The notes under the pieces: model-generated
Seen by the model: the letters and a program-made list of their open reading frames with translations, nothing else
What the model was told of the DNA's origin: nothing
Databases searched by the model: none
Program-made: the position numbers and the translations under genes
Sequence record: NZ_CP125988.1
From: a plasmid
Length of the DNA stretch: 43,223 nucleotides
Reading direction: 5' to 3' (one strand)
Part shown: piece by piece, positions 17,700 through 26,816 of the stretch
Layout: every line of letters starts with the position of its first letter
Position numbering within the stretch: the stretch's first letter is position 1

Positions 17700-17970
17700 T
17701 AAAAAAGTAGATTTATCTGCATTAGTAAATCAGGTAAAAAAAACGCAAGTAGAAACACCAGTACAAAAAGTGGTGCCGGTACAAAAATCTTCAACGTCTG
17801 AAAAAGGATTGTATGTAAAAGTTCCGAGTGAAATGATTACGTTCCTTAAAAATAAAGCATCATTGATTGAAGGAATGACTGTGAAAGAATTGATTAATAC
17901 TGCATTAGTAAACGTTTACGAGGAAGAATACAATGAATTCTTAAAGCGTTATCATGGAAAAATCAAATAA
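17692..17970 (+). CDS. Small partner protein of ParA (ParG/ParB-like or TraB-like), 92 aa
   Basis: Overlaps the parA stop by 8 bp. No motif recognised. Confidence 0.35.
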   Translation: MANKKVDLSALVNQVKKTQVETPVQKVVPVQKSSTSEKGLYVKVPSEMITFLKNKASLIEGMTVKELINTALVNVYEEEYNEFLKRYHGKIK

Positions 17971-18178
17971 AGTATATGTAGTAAATGTGAAGCTCTTAAA
18001 TGGTAACTGGGTTAAATATCGTGCTGTACAAGGATCAGCTGGAGTAAAACGCCTGGTTAAGTATTTTGATGAAAACTTTATAGGAGAAAACAAATGGTTA
18101 TTCTGTAATGTTTATGAGAAAGAAAGTCAGCAACAAGTAGCTAATTATTTAAACGGTAAGAACCCTACCCGACCCTAA
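17954..18178 (+). CDS. Hypothetical small protein (74 aa)
   Basis: Coupled to the upstream ORF and followed by a terminator hairpin. Confidence 0.3.
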   Translation: MEKSNKVYVVNVKLLNGNWVKYRAVQGSAGVKRLVKYFDENFIGENKWLFCNVYEKESQQQVANYLNGKNPTRP

Positions 18179-18180
18179 AA

Positions 18181-18207
18181 TAAAAGAGGAGCCGAAGCCC
18201 CTCTTTC
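18181..18207 (+). terminator. Rho-independent terminator-like hairpin 'aagaggagccgaagcccctctt'
   Basis: GC-rich stem agagg.gc/gc.cctct with a cgaa loop, directly after the parA operon. Confidence 0.4.
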
Positions 18208-18325
18208 GAAAAACAAAATTTATTTTGTTTTCCTTTTCGTATTTCAAATATACGATTAAATTTTATTTGGTCACTAAAATAATTATTAAATTACAGCACT
18301 TTAACGAGAAAGAAAATTATAAGTC

Positions 18326-19480
18326 ATGAATCAGGAAGAAAAAGATAATAAAGTAAAGGAAACGTTTAGCAGCAATAAGATTGCTGATAAGGTTAAGATT
18401 TCTAATGAATTTTATCGAGATCTATTTTTTCATGAAGATAATGGCAATTTTGTTGTTAAAGAATCTATGCCAATTGAAGCGAACCGTATTATAATTAATA
18501 TTTTAAATACCTTACGAAACAAACAGTTCCAATATGGAGTTTCAGATGAGAGTTTTCAATTGGATTTATTTAAAAAAACATATTTAGAAGACGACGAATC
18601 TTATGCTAAAATAGTAATGAGAACTGCGGATATTTCTAAATCAAGAAATTTAGAGTTAACTAAAAAAGGACTTCAGTTTCTAGTTAATTATAAACAAGAA
18701 TGGCATACTGTCAAGTTTTATAATTCAAAAGGGGAAGTAGAAAAAAAACAATTTTATGGTGGTTTAATTATTGATCCAACCATTTATAAAGGGCAAGTAT
18801 CTTTTTATATTAATCCTTATTGGTTTAAAAAGATAGTAGCTTTAGCTAATTATAATTACGTTCTATACTCCTTAGTCTATTCGGTAAAATCTCATAAACA
18901 GTTCCTCTTTGCACTCTGGCTTAATACACTTAGAGAAGATGGAACTAAGGTTACATTAGAATATATGAATAGAACCTGGGGAATTAATTACAAAGATCTA
19001 AGAACGCTTAAAAAAGGCTTTTTAGACCCGATTAAAAAAGTATTAGACAAATCCTCTTCTTTCTCTTTTAATAGCTCTGTAAATGGAAATTACATAGGTA
19101 TAACGAGATATCAACTTAAATCCATTGGAAGTGGCGCAGCAGAATCTATAAATTTATCAAGTCAGGACAATCAATTCAAATTATATAAACTTTCTTATAT
19201 TAAGAAAAGACATAACCTGACTAAAAAAGAGTTAGAGCATATAGAAAAAATATTTGATATGGATTTTGGTGCAAAGTTTCTTTTTAGCAGTGCATATAAG
19301 AATCTGGTTAAAAAATATAATACAGCAAGAAGAAAAGATAACAACAAACCTTTAATTACTGATATTCCTTTTTCAGCATTGTTAGATGAAATTCAAGAAG
19401 AAGTGATTTCTCTTTATTCTGCGACGAAGCATGCTCAAATATCCCCTAAGGGCTACCCAATATTTAATGCTCCTTTTTAG
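18326..19480 (+). CDS. Putative replication initiator (Rep) protein
   Basis: 384-aa protein immediately upstream of an iteron array and an AT-rich region. Called by context. No motif I can name with certainty. Confidence 0.4.
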   Translation: MNQEEKDNKVKETFSSNKIADKVKISNEFYRDLFFHEDNGNFVVKESMPIEANRIIINILNTLRNKQFQYGVSDESFQLDLFKKTYLEDDESYAKIVMRTADISKSRNLELTKKGLQFLVNYKQEWHTVKFYNSKGEVEKKQFYGGLIIDPTIYKGQVSFYINPYWFKKIVALANYNYVLYSLVYSVKSHKQFLFALWLNTLREDGTKVTLEYMNRTWGINYKDLRTLKKGFLDPIKKVLDKSSSFSFNSSVNGNYIGITRYQLKSIGSGAAESINLSSQDNQFKLYKLSYIKKRHNLTKKELEHIEKIFDMDFGAKFLFSSAYKNLVKKYNTARRKDNNKPLITDIPFSALLDEIQEEVISLYSATKHAQISPKGYPIFNAPF

Positions 19481-19498
19481 GAGCATTTTTTATTATTA

Positions 19499-20348
19499 TC
19501 GAGATTCCACTACCCATCAGGATAAAAGACTATTAATAAATCAAGGAACTTCTCTTTTAAATTTCGAGATTCCACCACCCATAATTAAGAAAAATCTATA
19601 GAATTTAAGTTGAATTTGCAGTACTTACGTAGTTTCAACAAAATTATTTTTTATTAATATTATCGAGATTCCACTACCCACCATTAAGAAAGATTATTAT
19701 TAAACCAAGGAAGTTCTCTTTTAAATTTCGAGATTCCACTACCCATTACACCTTAGTGAATTAAAAATAAATGAGATAGGTCGTTGATGACATTTAGGTT
19801 CTATGTTTTATTTATTTAAAATTTTGCATCTAACATAAGATTCGAGATTCCCCTACCCATTACTATATAAGCACTCTGATATATAAAGATAACTTAATAT
19901 ATATTTCGACATTCCACTACCCATATTGTATTAATATCTTAGCTATCATTACTTTATTAATATGTATTCATACAATTGAGTATATATTTATACCGTTTAT
20001 ATTAATATACCTTATTTATTTATCGTATCTTTATATGAGTTACTAATTCAAAATCGATATTTCACTACCCAAAATTCAATAAAGAACAACTATTTTCTTT
20101 TATTTCGAGATTCCACTACCCATAATTATGCATTTTATCTATTTAATATTCGACATTCTACTACCCATCGAACTTTTTTTGATTTTAGAGTCAGTTTTTA
20201 AGGTGAAAAATCGAGATTCCACTACCCAAAAATCGACATTTCACTACCCACGTGAGTTTATTTCGACATTCTACTACCCAAAAATCGACATTCCACTACC
20301 CATTTAATCGACATTCTACTACCCATATCTTCGAGATTCCACTACCCA
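19499..20348. repeat. Iteron array: at least 15 copies of the 18-bp consensus TCGAGATTCCACTACCCA (TCGAcATTCcACTACCCA variants)
   Basis: Copies start at 19499, 19564, 19663, 19728, 19842, 19906, 20054, 20105, 20150, 20211, 20233, 20263, 20285, 20308 and 20331. The last six are tandem at 22-23 bp (one 30 bp) spacing. An AT-rich stretch at ~19925-20050 between dispersed copies is a candidate DUE. Confidence 0.8.
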
Positions 20349-20594
20349 AAAAAGCCTAAAATAAAGAGTGTAAAACATTAATAAACAATGTTTTATGCCT
20401 TAAAAAAACGGTTACTTAAAATTAATATTAAAATTAATATTAAAATTAAAATAAGAAACGTTCAAAATCATATTCCCATTCTAAAAAGAATTTTTTTAAT
20501 CATTTACCCATTTTTGATAAAAAAGTCCGAAAAGGAAAGACGATATTTCACCAGTGCCCGGCGAATTTTTGTAAAAAATAGCTAAGTTTATAGA

Positions 20595-21392
20595 ATGAAA
20601 CGAGTTGGTACATGTCCCATTTGCAACAAAGGGCAGCTTTTAGAGTTTGAGGATAAATTTCAATGTAATTTTGTTGAAAACAATAAGCAGTTGTGCAATT
20701 TTTTTATTTATAAATCGTATTCGAAAAAAAATATCACTCCAGAAATGCTATTTGACTTGCTTCACAATTACGAAACAAAATTTTATTCAGATTTTGTGGA
20801 CGATAAAGGCGAAAAATTTGAAGCTGCATTAAAAATTGTACACGGTTATATCAATTATAAGTTTCGAAATCAAATTGTAGATAATGTTAAGTGTGTTAAT
20901 TGTGATGGCGGAATTCTAAGAACAAAGCAAGGCTGGGGGTGTGAAAATTATTTTAACCGTAAATGTGGAATGTTTATTTACCGTTCTTATAATGGAACTG
21001 TAATGAATGAAGATAATGTAAGATTATTAGTTACTGGCAACTACACTCCTTTTTTAAATTTTACTTCAAAACAAGGTATTAATTTTCAAGCAAAACTTTT
21101 TGTAAATGACAGTACTTTTCAAGTGCAATTTGATTACTCTTTAGGAGATTGTCCGAAGTGTAGCGGTGCTGTATTGAAAATGGAGAAATTCTTTGGTTGT
21201 ACTAATTATCTATCAGATTTAAGATGTGATTTTATAATTTGGCCATCAATTTTTGACTATAATTTATCTTCTAATGATGTAGAAATATTACTTAGAGGAG
21301 ATCAAACTGATGTTAAATCTTTTAGGTGGAAAGATAAAGAATTTGAGGGTAGGCTTTCATTAGATGAAAACTTTAAATGCAAAGTGTTATAA
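20595..21392 (+). CDS. Stand-alone protein made of three topoisomerase-type C4 zinc-ribbon + topoisomerase C-terminal repeat units; no topoisomerase catalytic domain
   Basis: Three repeats, each beginning with CxxC...C: 'CPICNKGQLLEFEDKFQCN...', 'CVNCDGGILRTKQGWGCEN...', 'CPKCSGAVLKMEKFFGCTN...'. Each is followed by a ~45-aa conserved segment. Confidence 0.65.
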   Translation: MKRVGTCPICNKGQLLEFEDKFQCNFVENNKQLCNFFIYKSYSKKNITPEMLFDLLHNYETKFYSDFVDDKGEKFEAALKIVHGYINYKFRNQIVDNVKCVNCDGGILRTKQGWGCENYFNRKCGMFIYRSYNGTVMNEDNVRLLVTGNYTPFLNFTSKQGINFQAKLFVNDSTFQVQFDYSLGDCPKCSGAVLKMEKFFGCTNYLSDLRCDFIIWPSIFDYNLSSNDVEILLRGDQTDVKSFRWKDKEFEGRLSLDENFKCKVL

Positions 21393-21627
21393 TAACTTAC
21401 TTGTTATCACATATCTAAAAATATATATGTATAGTAATATATATAAATAGATATATATAACGCTATATGTATATTTAAATATAAAGATAGTTTTATATTT
21501 AAAAATTGTTTTATAATTTAGTCTTACTTTTTAATATGATTATGGTAATTTTAAGCTTTAATATATTAATGAAATGTTCCTCCATATAACTGTTTCAAAT
21601 GCTATATTTGTATAAAATAATATTATA

Positions 21628-21804
21628 ATGAAAAATCTTTTAGAACAATTAAACACAGAATTTGAAACATTCAATTCAGATGCTCAATTGCAAATTGAAA
21701 AAGAAAATAAATCTGCTGGAACAAGAGCGAGAAAATCATCTTTAGCTTTAGAGAAACTTTTAAAAGAATTTAGAAAGTTATCTTTAGAAGCATCTAAAAA
21801 ATAA
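21628..21804 (+). CDS. Histone H1-like small nucleoid protein (58 aa); absent from the ORF track because it is shorter than 60 aa
   Basis: 'MKNLLEQLNTEFETFNSDAQLQIEKENKSAGTRARKSSLALEKLLKEFRKLSLEASKK' matches Bacteroidota histone-H1/Hc1-like proteins. Preceded by a 'TATATTTG' (-7 TAnnTTTG) box at 21603-21610. Confidence 0.6.
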   Translation: MKNLLEQLNTEFETFNSDAQLQIEKENKSAGTRARKSSLALEKLLKEFRKLSLEASKK

Positions 21805-21811
21805 TAGTGAG

Positions 21812-21841
21812 GCCGTATACATTAGCATACGGCTTTTTTTT
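21812..21841 (+). terminator. Rho-independent terminator
   Basis: 'gccgtatacattagcatacggc' stem-loop followed by nine T residues. Confidence 0.7.
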
Positions 21842-21953
21842 TATTGCAATACATATAAATATATACATATATATAAATATAAATACATGTATATATACTT
21901 TTACAACTAAGGCAACTAGTTATACATATCTATACATATCAATTAATTTTTAA

Positions 21954-22340
21954 TTGAAAAAAAATTATATATTTTTATATATAAATATAAAAAGTCACTT
22001 CATGGAGATAACTGGGGAACAATTAATAGCTGCAAATAAGATATATAATTATTTAAATAGTATTACTGATTTAGATCTAACATTAAAAAATAATTGGACG
22101 GATATCAGCAGTGATATGATTGAGTTTTTGCAATCTCCAAAACTTATAACTTATTTAAAAACAAATACTGATGTTAGAGGTATTTTAAACCAATCTGATT
22201 ATAAATGTATTAAAGGAGAAATATTGAAAGACAGTAAATTTATTACAAATTGTGTTGTAAAATTCAATATCAATGATGAGATATTTAGTCCAGAAGAAAA
22301 ACAGGGGGCTTTAGATTTTTTCTTTGGAAAAAATGAATAA
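21954..22340 (+). CDS. Hypothetical protein (likely start at the internal Met 'MEITGEQ', ~22002)
   Basis: ORF convergent with umuD. No recognisable domain. Confidence 0.35.
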   Translation: MKKNYIFLYINIKSHFMEITGEQLIAANKIYNYLNSITDLDLTLKNNWTDISSDMIEFLQSPKLITYLKTNTDVRGILNQSDYKCIKGEILKDSKFITNCVVKFNINDEIFSPEEKQGALDFFFGKNE

Positions 22341-22342
22341 AA

Positions 22343-22807
22343 TTATTTTTTCATTCTTTTATCTCTGATCAAAGCATCTACAACTCCCAGTATCACAACT
22401 TCGTCACTTTCATCAATTGTTACACTTTTTGCATAATCACTATTCAAAGCCACTAAGCGATTATTCGCTTTATCGTATCGTTTTAATGTATATTCGGAGC
22501 TATTAATAGAAACTACAATATCATCACCATCTATAGGATAATAGTCGGAACGTATAATGATAATATCGTTTTCTAAATATTCAGGATACATGGATAATCC
22601 TTTCACACGATTTACAAATGTACTTTCTACTTTAGACAGATATCGTTCGTCTAAACTGATCCGATCACTTAAAAAATCTTCTGCAGGAGAAGGAAATCCA
22701 GCACGAATTCCTCCACATACTTGAACATATTTTTTTTCTCCTTCTGCATGGATGGTTAGATTTTCTAATTCAGTTCCAAAATAAGGTGCTTTTTTAAATG
22801 TTATCAT
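22343..22807 (-). CDS. umuD: UmuD-like S24 peptidase (translesion polymerase accessory / LexA-like self-cleaving)
   Basis: '[15 protein letters not shown]' cleavage-site region, Ser motif 'GLSMYPEY', Lys 'TLKRY'. Overlaps umuC by 4 bp. Confidence 0.85.
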   Translation of the reverse strand: MITFKKAPYFGTELENLTIHAEGEKKYVQVCGGIRAGFPSPAEDFLSDRISLDERYLSKVESTFVNRVKGLSMYPEYLENDIIIIRSDYYPIDGDDIVVSINSSEYTLKRYDKANNRLVALNSDYAKSVTIDESDEVVILGVVDALIRDKRMKK

Positions 22808-24057
22808 TGTATGGTAAGTATATCATTCCACTTTGTTGTATAGTTAGGACTTAATAAATCTTGTCTCATTTTCCATGTTTTATCTAATGCTTGAGAACCA
22901 ATTTTTAATTTTTTAACTCCATATTTAAAATTCATTTGATCCATAACATTCATTAATTTTCGATGCTTTGGATGTTCGTCTTCGAATAAATTGAATTGTT
23001 TTTCACTTTCGGGTGTTATTCCACCAACTATAACTCCTGCTTTTTTATAGGCATACCCTTTTTTATAAATAGCATCTAATCCAATTTTTGCATATTTAAT
23101 AATCTCAATAGATGAATTAGTAGGGAAGGGGATGGTTACATTGATTGATTGATAATACTGTGGCTTATTTTCTTGAAATCGATTCGTAAAAATAAAAACA
23201 GTTACAAGTTGACAATTGCTGTGCTGGTTTCGTAATTTTTCGGCACAAGTTGCAGCAAAAGTTGCAATGCGTTCCTGTAAATAGGTTTTATCTTCATACG
23301 TTTTATCAAAAGATCTTGTCGTAGCAATATTCTTTTTTGTTTTTACATCTTCAAGTTCCATAGCAGATATACCTTCTAACTCTTTTTTTAATCGTAAACC
23401 GACTACAGTAAATTCCTTTCGGACATATTCATCAGGAAGTAAAGTAAAATCTAATGCTTTATTTACTCCTTTTGCCTTTAATTTTTTAGCAAATTGTCTA
23501 CCAATACCCCATACATCTTCGATATCTAACCAGCGTAGTGCTTTAATTCGTTTTTCTTCTGAATCAATAGCATATACTCCTTCTAATTGCGGATATTTTT
23601 TAGCTATTCTATTGGCCACTTTAGTCAATGCTTTTGTGGGAGCAATTCCAATACACGTTGGAATTAAAGTGTTTTTAAGCACTTCTTTTCGTATCTCTTT
23701 TGCATATGATACTAAATTATAATTTTCATATCCCTTGAATTGTAAAAAGCTTTCATCTATCGAATAAACTTCTAAATCAGGAGTGTATTTTCTTAGTATT
23801 CGAGTTACACGGTTACTCATATCGCCATACAAAGCATAGTTTGATGAAAATACATTTACATTATTATCTTGAAATAACTTTTTGTATTCAAAAGCGGGTG
23901 CTCCCATGGGGATACCTAATGCTTTGGCTTCGTTAGAACGTGCAACAACACAGCCATCATTGTTGCTTAACACAACAATTGGCTTATGCCGTAATTGAGG
24001 ATTAAACACCCTTTCACAGCTTGCGTAAAAATTATTACAATCTACTAAAGCATACAT
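22804..24057 (-). CDS. umuC: Y-family DNA polymerase V catalytic subunit UmuC
   Basis: N-terminus '[49 protein letters not shown]' is canonical for UmuC/DinB-family polymerases. Confidence 0.9.
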   Translation of the reverse strand: MYALVDCNNFYASCERVFNPQLRHKPIVVLSNNDGCVVARSNEAKALGIPMGAPAFEYKKLFQDNNVNVFSSNYALYGDMSNRVTRILRKYTPDLEVYSIDESFLQFKGYENYNLVSYAKEIRKEVLKNTLIPTCIGIAPTKALTKVANRIAKKYPQLEGVYAIDSEEKRIKALRWLDIEDVWGIGRQFAKKLKAKGVNKALDFTLLPDEYVRKEFTVVGLRLKKELEGISAMELEDVKTKKNIATTRSFDKTYEDKTYLQERIATFAATCAEKLRNQHSNCQLVTVFIFTNRFQENKPQYYQSINVTIPFPTNSSIEIIKYAKIGLDAIYKKGYAYKKAGVIVGGITPESEKQFNLFEDEHPKHRKLMNVMDQMNFKYGVKKLKIGSQALDKTWKMRQDLLSPNYTTKWNDILTIQ

Positions 24058-24102
24058 TTTGCAAAATTATTAAATTAGTAAACGTGCTAAAGTTAAATTA
24101 TC

Positions 24103-24558
24103 ATGATGCCAAGAAACGTCGTTTGTTTAGCGTTAGATTTAGGAAATTCATTAGAACCTGAACATATATCTAACATTGAGATTGTAGCGAAAAATTTAGT
24201 AGATTTTAATAATCGTTTTCAAACAGAATTTTATCTTTTTTATGATACGGATGGATATACTTTTGAAATTCCTGAACAATTTATAATTAATGATTTATTA
24301 AATTGGTTCGTTGAAGGTATTGGAGAATTATTAGCTTTTTCATATTCTCCAACTCGAGACAGTTATTTTGATTTAAATGCTTATTTAAATGATCGTAAAA
24401 CAGAGTTAGATTTTTTACATAGTTTTGAAATGTATAACAATTATCGTCAACGTTATATTGATTATGCCCCCTTAGGATTTTTAGAAGAGGAGTCGTATTT
24501 TTTTATAAAAGAAAATCTTACTAATTTGATATTAGACTATTCCCGGAATTTTAATTGA
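24103..24558 (+). CDS. Hypothetical protein (151 aa)
   Basis: ORF divergent from umuC. No motif. Confidence 0.35.
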   Translation: MMPRNVVCLALDLGNSLEPEHISNIEIVAKNLVDFNNRFQTEFYLFYDTDGYTFEIPEQFIINDLLNWFVEGIGELLAFSYSPTRDSYFDLNAYLNDRKTELDFLHSFEMYNNYRQRYIDYAPLGFLEEESYFFIKENLTNLILDYSRNFN

Positions 24559-24667
24559 TAAGACCAATTCTGCAAGTTTTTTAATTTTAATAGGCGAAGT
24601 ATAAAATTATTTATTTTCGTTTATTTTGTTTGTTTCGTTTATTTCGTTTAATTTTGTGTAAAACAAT

Positions 24668-25129
24668 TTGACTATGGAAACATTAGACTATATAAAAAGA
24701 CCCACTAAGAAAGAACAACGAGTGGCTATTGAATCTTATTCAGCACTTTCTTCAATTTTATCACAATTGAAGAATGATGATACAGAAATAGAAATCGAAG
24801 AAACAAATGACAGAATTAAAATACCTTTTAAAGCTTTAAAGCTTTTAAGTGAAATTTTGAAGTCAATGAGTGAAGGAAATCCAATATCTATTGTACCTAT
24901 TGCAACGGAAGTCACTACTCAAAAAGCAGCTGAAATATTGGGTTGTTCAAGACCTCATTTAGTTAAACTTTTAGAGCAAGGCGAAATTGATTTTACAATG
25001 GTTGGAAGACATCGTCGTATTTTATTTGAAGATGTAATCAAATATAAAAACGAAATGAAGCAAAAACAGAAAAAGCATATCATTGATATTATGAACTTTG
25101 ATGATGAAATAGGTTTATATGATTCATAG
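24668..25129 (+). CDS. HTH (excisionase/MerR-type) DNA-binding protein; putative antitoxin of the PIN toxin
   Basis: C-terminal HTH 'QKAAEILGCSRPHLVKLLEQGEIDFTMVGRHRRILFEDV'. Overlaps the PIN gene by 11 bp. Confidence 0.55.
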   Translation: MTMETLDYIKRPTKKEQRVAIESYSALSSILSQLKNDDTEIEIEETNDRIKIPFKALKLLSEILKSMSEGNPISIVPIATEVTTQKAAEILGCSRPHLVKLLEQGEIDFTMVGRHRRILFEDVIKYKNEMKQKQKKHIIDIMNFDDEIGLYDS

Positions 25130-25682
25130 TGTACGATACAAAGCTGTTCTTGATACCAATGTAATATTTCCTATCGTGATTAGAGATTTATTATTTTGGT
25201 TTGCTCATTATGATTTATATACCCCAAAATGGAGTAAAATCATTTTTGATGAATGGAAATCTGTAATGATTCGAAAGGGAGTTGAATCTTCCCAAGCAGA
25301 GAAGCGGATAAACGTTGCAAATTTGGCATTTCCCGATGCTTTAGTACTAAATTATGAAGGTTTAATTGATAATTTAAATTTACCTGATAAAGATGATAGA
25401 CATGTATTAGCTGCTGCTATTAAAGTCAATGCCAATATTATTGTAACTAATAACTTAAAGGATTTTCCAGATGATTATTTAGACTCTTTTGGATTGAAGG
25501 CAGTTTGTGCGGATGATTTTCTTACAGATATCATTGATTTAAATCCAAAAATAGCCCTCCAAGCTTTTAAAGATTTGGTATTAAATCGCAAAAACCCGGC
25601 AATGGATGAATTTCAAGTATTAGAAAGTTTTAGAAAAAATGGATTAAATCAAACAGCAGATTATTTACATGCTTTATTGTAA
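25119..25682 (+). CDS. PIN-domain ribonuclease-like toxin
   Basis: N-terminal 'AVLDTNVIFPI' (first conserved Asp of the PIN fold). 187 aa. Confidence 0.6.
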   Translation: MIHSVRYKAVLDTNVIFPIVIRDLLFWFAHYDLYTPKWSKIIFDEWKSVMIRKGVESSQAEKRINVANLAFPDALVLNYEGLIDNLNLPDKDDRHVLAAAIKVNANIIVTNNLKDFPDDYLDSFGLKAVCADDFLTDIIDLNPKIALQAFKDLVLNRKNPAMDEFQVLESFRKNGLNQTADYLHALL

Positions 25683-25807
25683 TTAATGATACCAAAAATC
25701 GACCGTTTTATGGGACTACTTTTTAGTAGTCCTTTTTTTATTTTAAATAGTACTTTTTATCGTTATTTTTATTAGTTTTATAAAATAATCTTTTACAGTA
25801 CTATTTT

Positions 25808-26371
25808 ATGATTATTGGATATGCGAGAGTTTCTACAAAAGACCAAAATTTAGAAAATCAAATTGAGCTATTGAAGCAACACCAATGCGAGAAAATATTT
25901 TCGGATGTAGCAAGTGGGGTAAAGGAAGATAGAAAAGGTTTATTAGAACTTTTAGAATTTGCTCGACCAGGTGATACCATTTTGGTTTATAAGAACGATC
26001 GTATTTTTCGTTCCTTAAAAAATATGGTTGATTTAATTGAAACATTCAATCAAAAGAAGATTCATTTCAAATCGATAACAGAACCGGAGTTTGATACCAA
26101 TTCAGCCAATGGGAAATTTTTACTTCAAATATTTAGTGCTGTTGCCGAATTTGAACGCAACCTAATCAGCGAACGAACCAAACACGGTTTAGAAGGTGCA
26201 CGAAGACGTAATGAAACCTTAGGTAGACCTAAAGGTATTTCTAAAGAAACTTTAGAAAAATACCAGTACGCAAAGCACCTTTACGATAATAAAAAATTAA
26301 GTATTGATAACGCTTGTAAACAAGCCGGTTTAAGTAAAACTACTTTTTATAGGGTAGAAAAAGAAAAATAA
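25808..26371 (+). CDS. Serine recombinase (resolvase/invertase family) with C-terminal HTH
   Basis: 'MIIGYARVSTKDQNLENQIELL' catalytic Ser motif. C-terminal 'ACKQAGLSKTTFYRV' HTH. Confidence 0.85.
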   Translation: MIIGYARVSTKDQNLENQIELLKQHQCEKIFSDVASGVKEDRKGLLELLEFARPGDTILVYKNDRIFRSLKNMVDLIETFNQKKIHFKSITEPEFDTNSANGKFLLQIFSAVAEFERNLISERTKHGLEGARRRNETLGRPKGISKETLEKYQYAKHLYDNKKLSIDNACKQAGLSKTTFYRVEKEK

Positions 26372-26426
26372 AGTTTTAGATGACAATTAATGACGTCCTA
26401 ATGTTTTATTTTTAAAAAAATATTTT

Positions 26427-26816
26427 ATGGAAACATTTATAGAAATAAATGGGGTAGAGGTTGAAATAACTAAAATCTACCAAATTAAAACTTATGATTC
26501 TTTAATTGAAGGAACAGCCAATAAAGAATTAAATGATGATATTTTAGTTGATATAAAACAACGTGCTAAACGTATTTTTTATCGAAGTTCTTATTATGTC
26601 ATGGATCCAAGAGAAAATCCGAATGATGATTTTCCTCAATATTGTATTATTTTAGAATTAATGGTTTTTAATACATTTCAAGATCCTGATAAAGATTATT
26701 CTGCTTTAACAGTAATTTGTTTTCAAGATGAGTTTGCATTTCCAATAAATGAAGAAAATTTAATTCATTTGAAGCAAATACCTTTTGGGTTATTGTGTAA
26801 TGAGTATAATTTTTAG
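26427..26816 (+). CDS. Hypothetical protein (129 aa)
   Basis: ORF only. Confidence 0.3.
   Translation: METFIEINGVEVEITKIYQIKTYDSLIEGTANKELNDDILVDIKQRAKRIFYRSSYYVMDPRENPNDDFPQYCIILELMVFNTFQDPDKDYSALTVICFQDEFAFPINEENLIHLKQIPFGLLCNEYNF

Noticed and set aside
19499-20348. Direct-repeat array that could be mistaken for a CRISPR array
   Set aside because: The repeat unit is only 18 bp. Spacers are irregular (4 to ~100 bp) and partly AT-rich filler. There are no cas genes, and a Rep-like gene sits immediately upstream. All of this fits iterons, not CRISPR.
20388-20585. 65-aa ORF
   Set aside because: Spans a 12-bp AT tandem repeat ('attaaaattaat' x3), and the translation is repeat-derived ('INIKINIKIKI').
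20647-20832. 61-aa alternate-frame ORF
   Set aside because: Inside the zinc-ribbon repeat protein gene.
24575-24660. Short tandem 'tttcgtttat' repeats upstream of the HTH gene
   Set aside because: Only about 4 degenerate copies of a 9-10-bp unit in a promoter region. Too short and irregular to call a functional array. Could be an UP-element-like tract.
25833-26045. Antisense ORF in the resolvase gene
   Set aside because: Shadow ORF.
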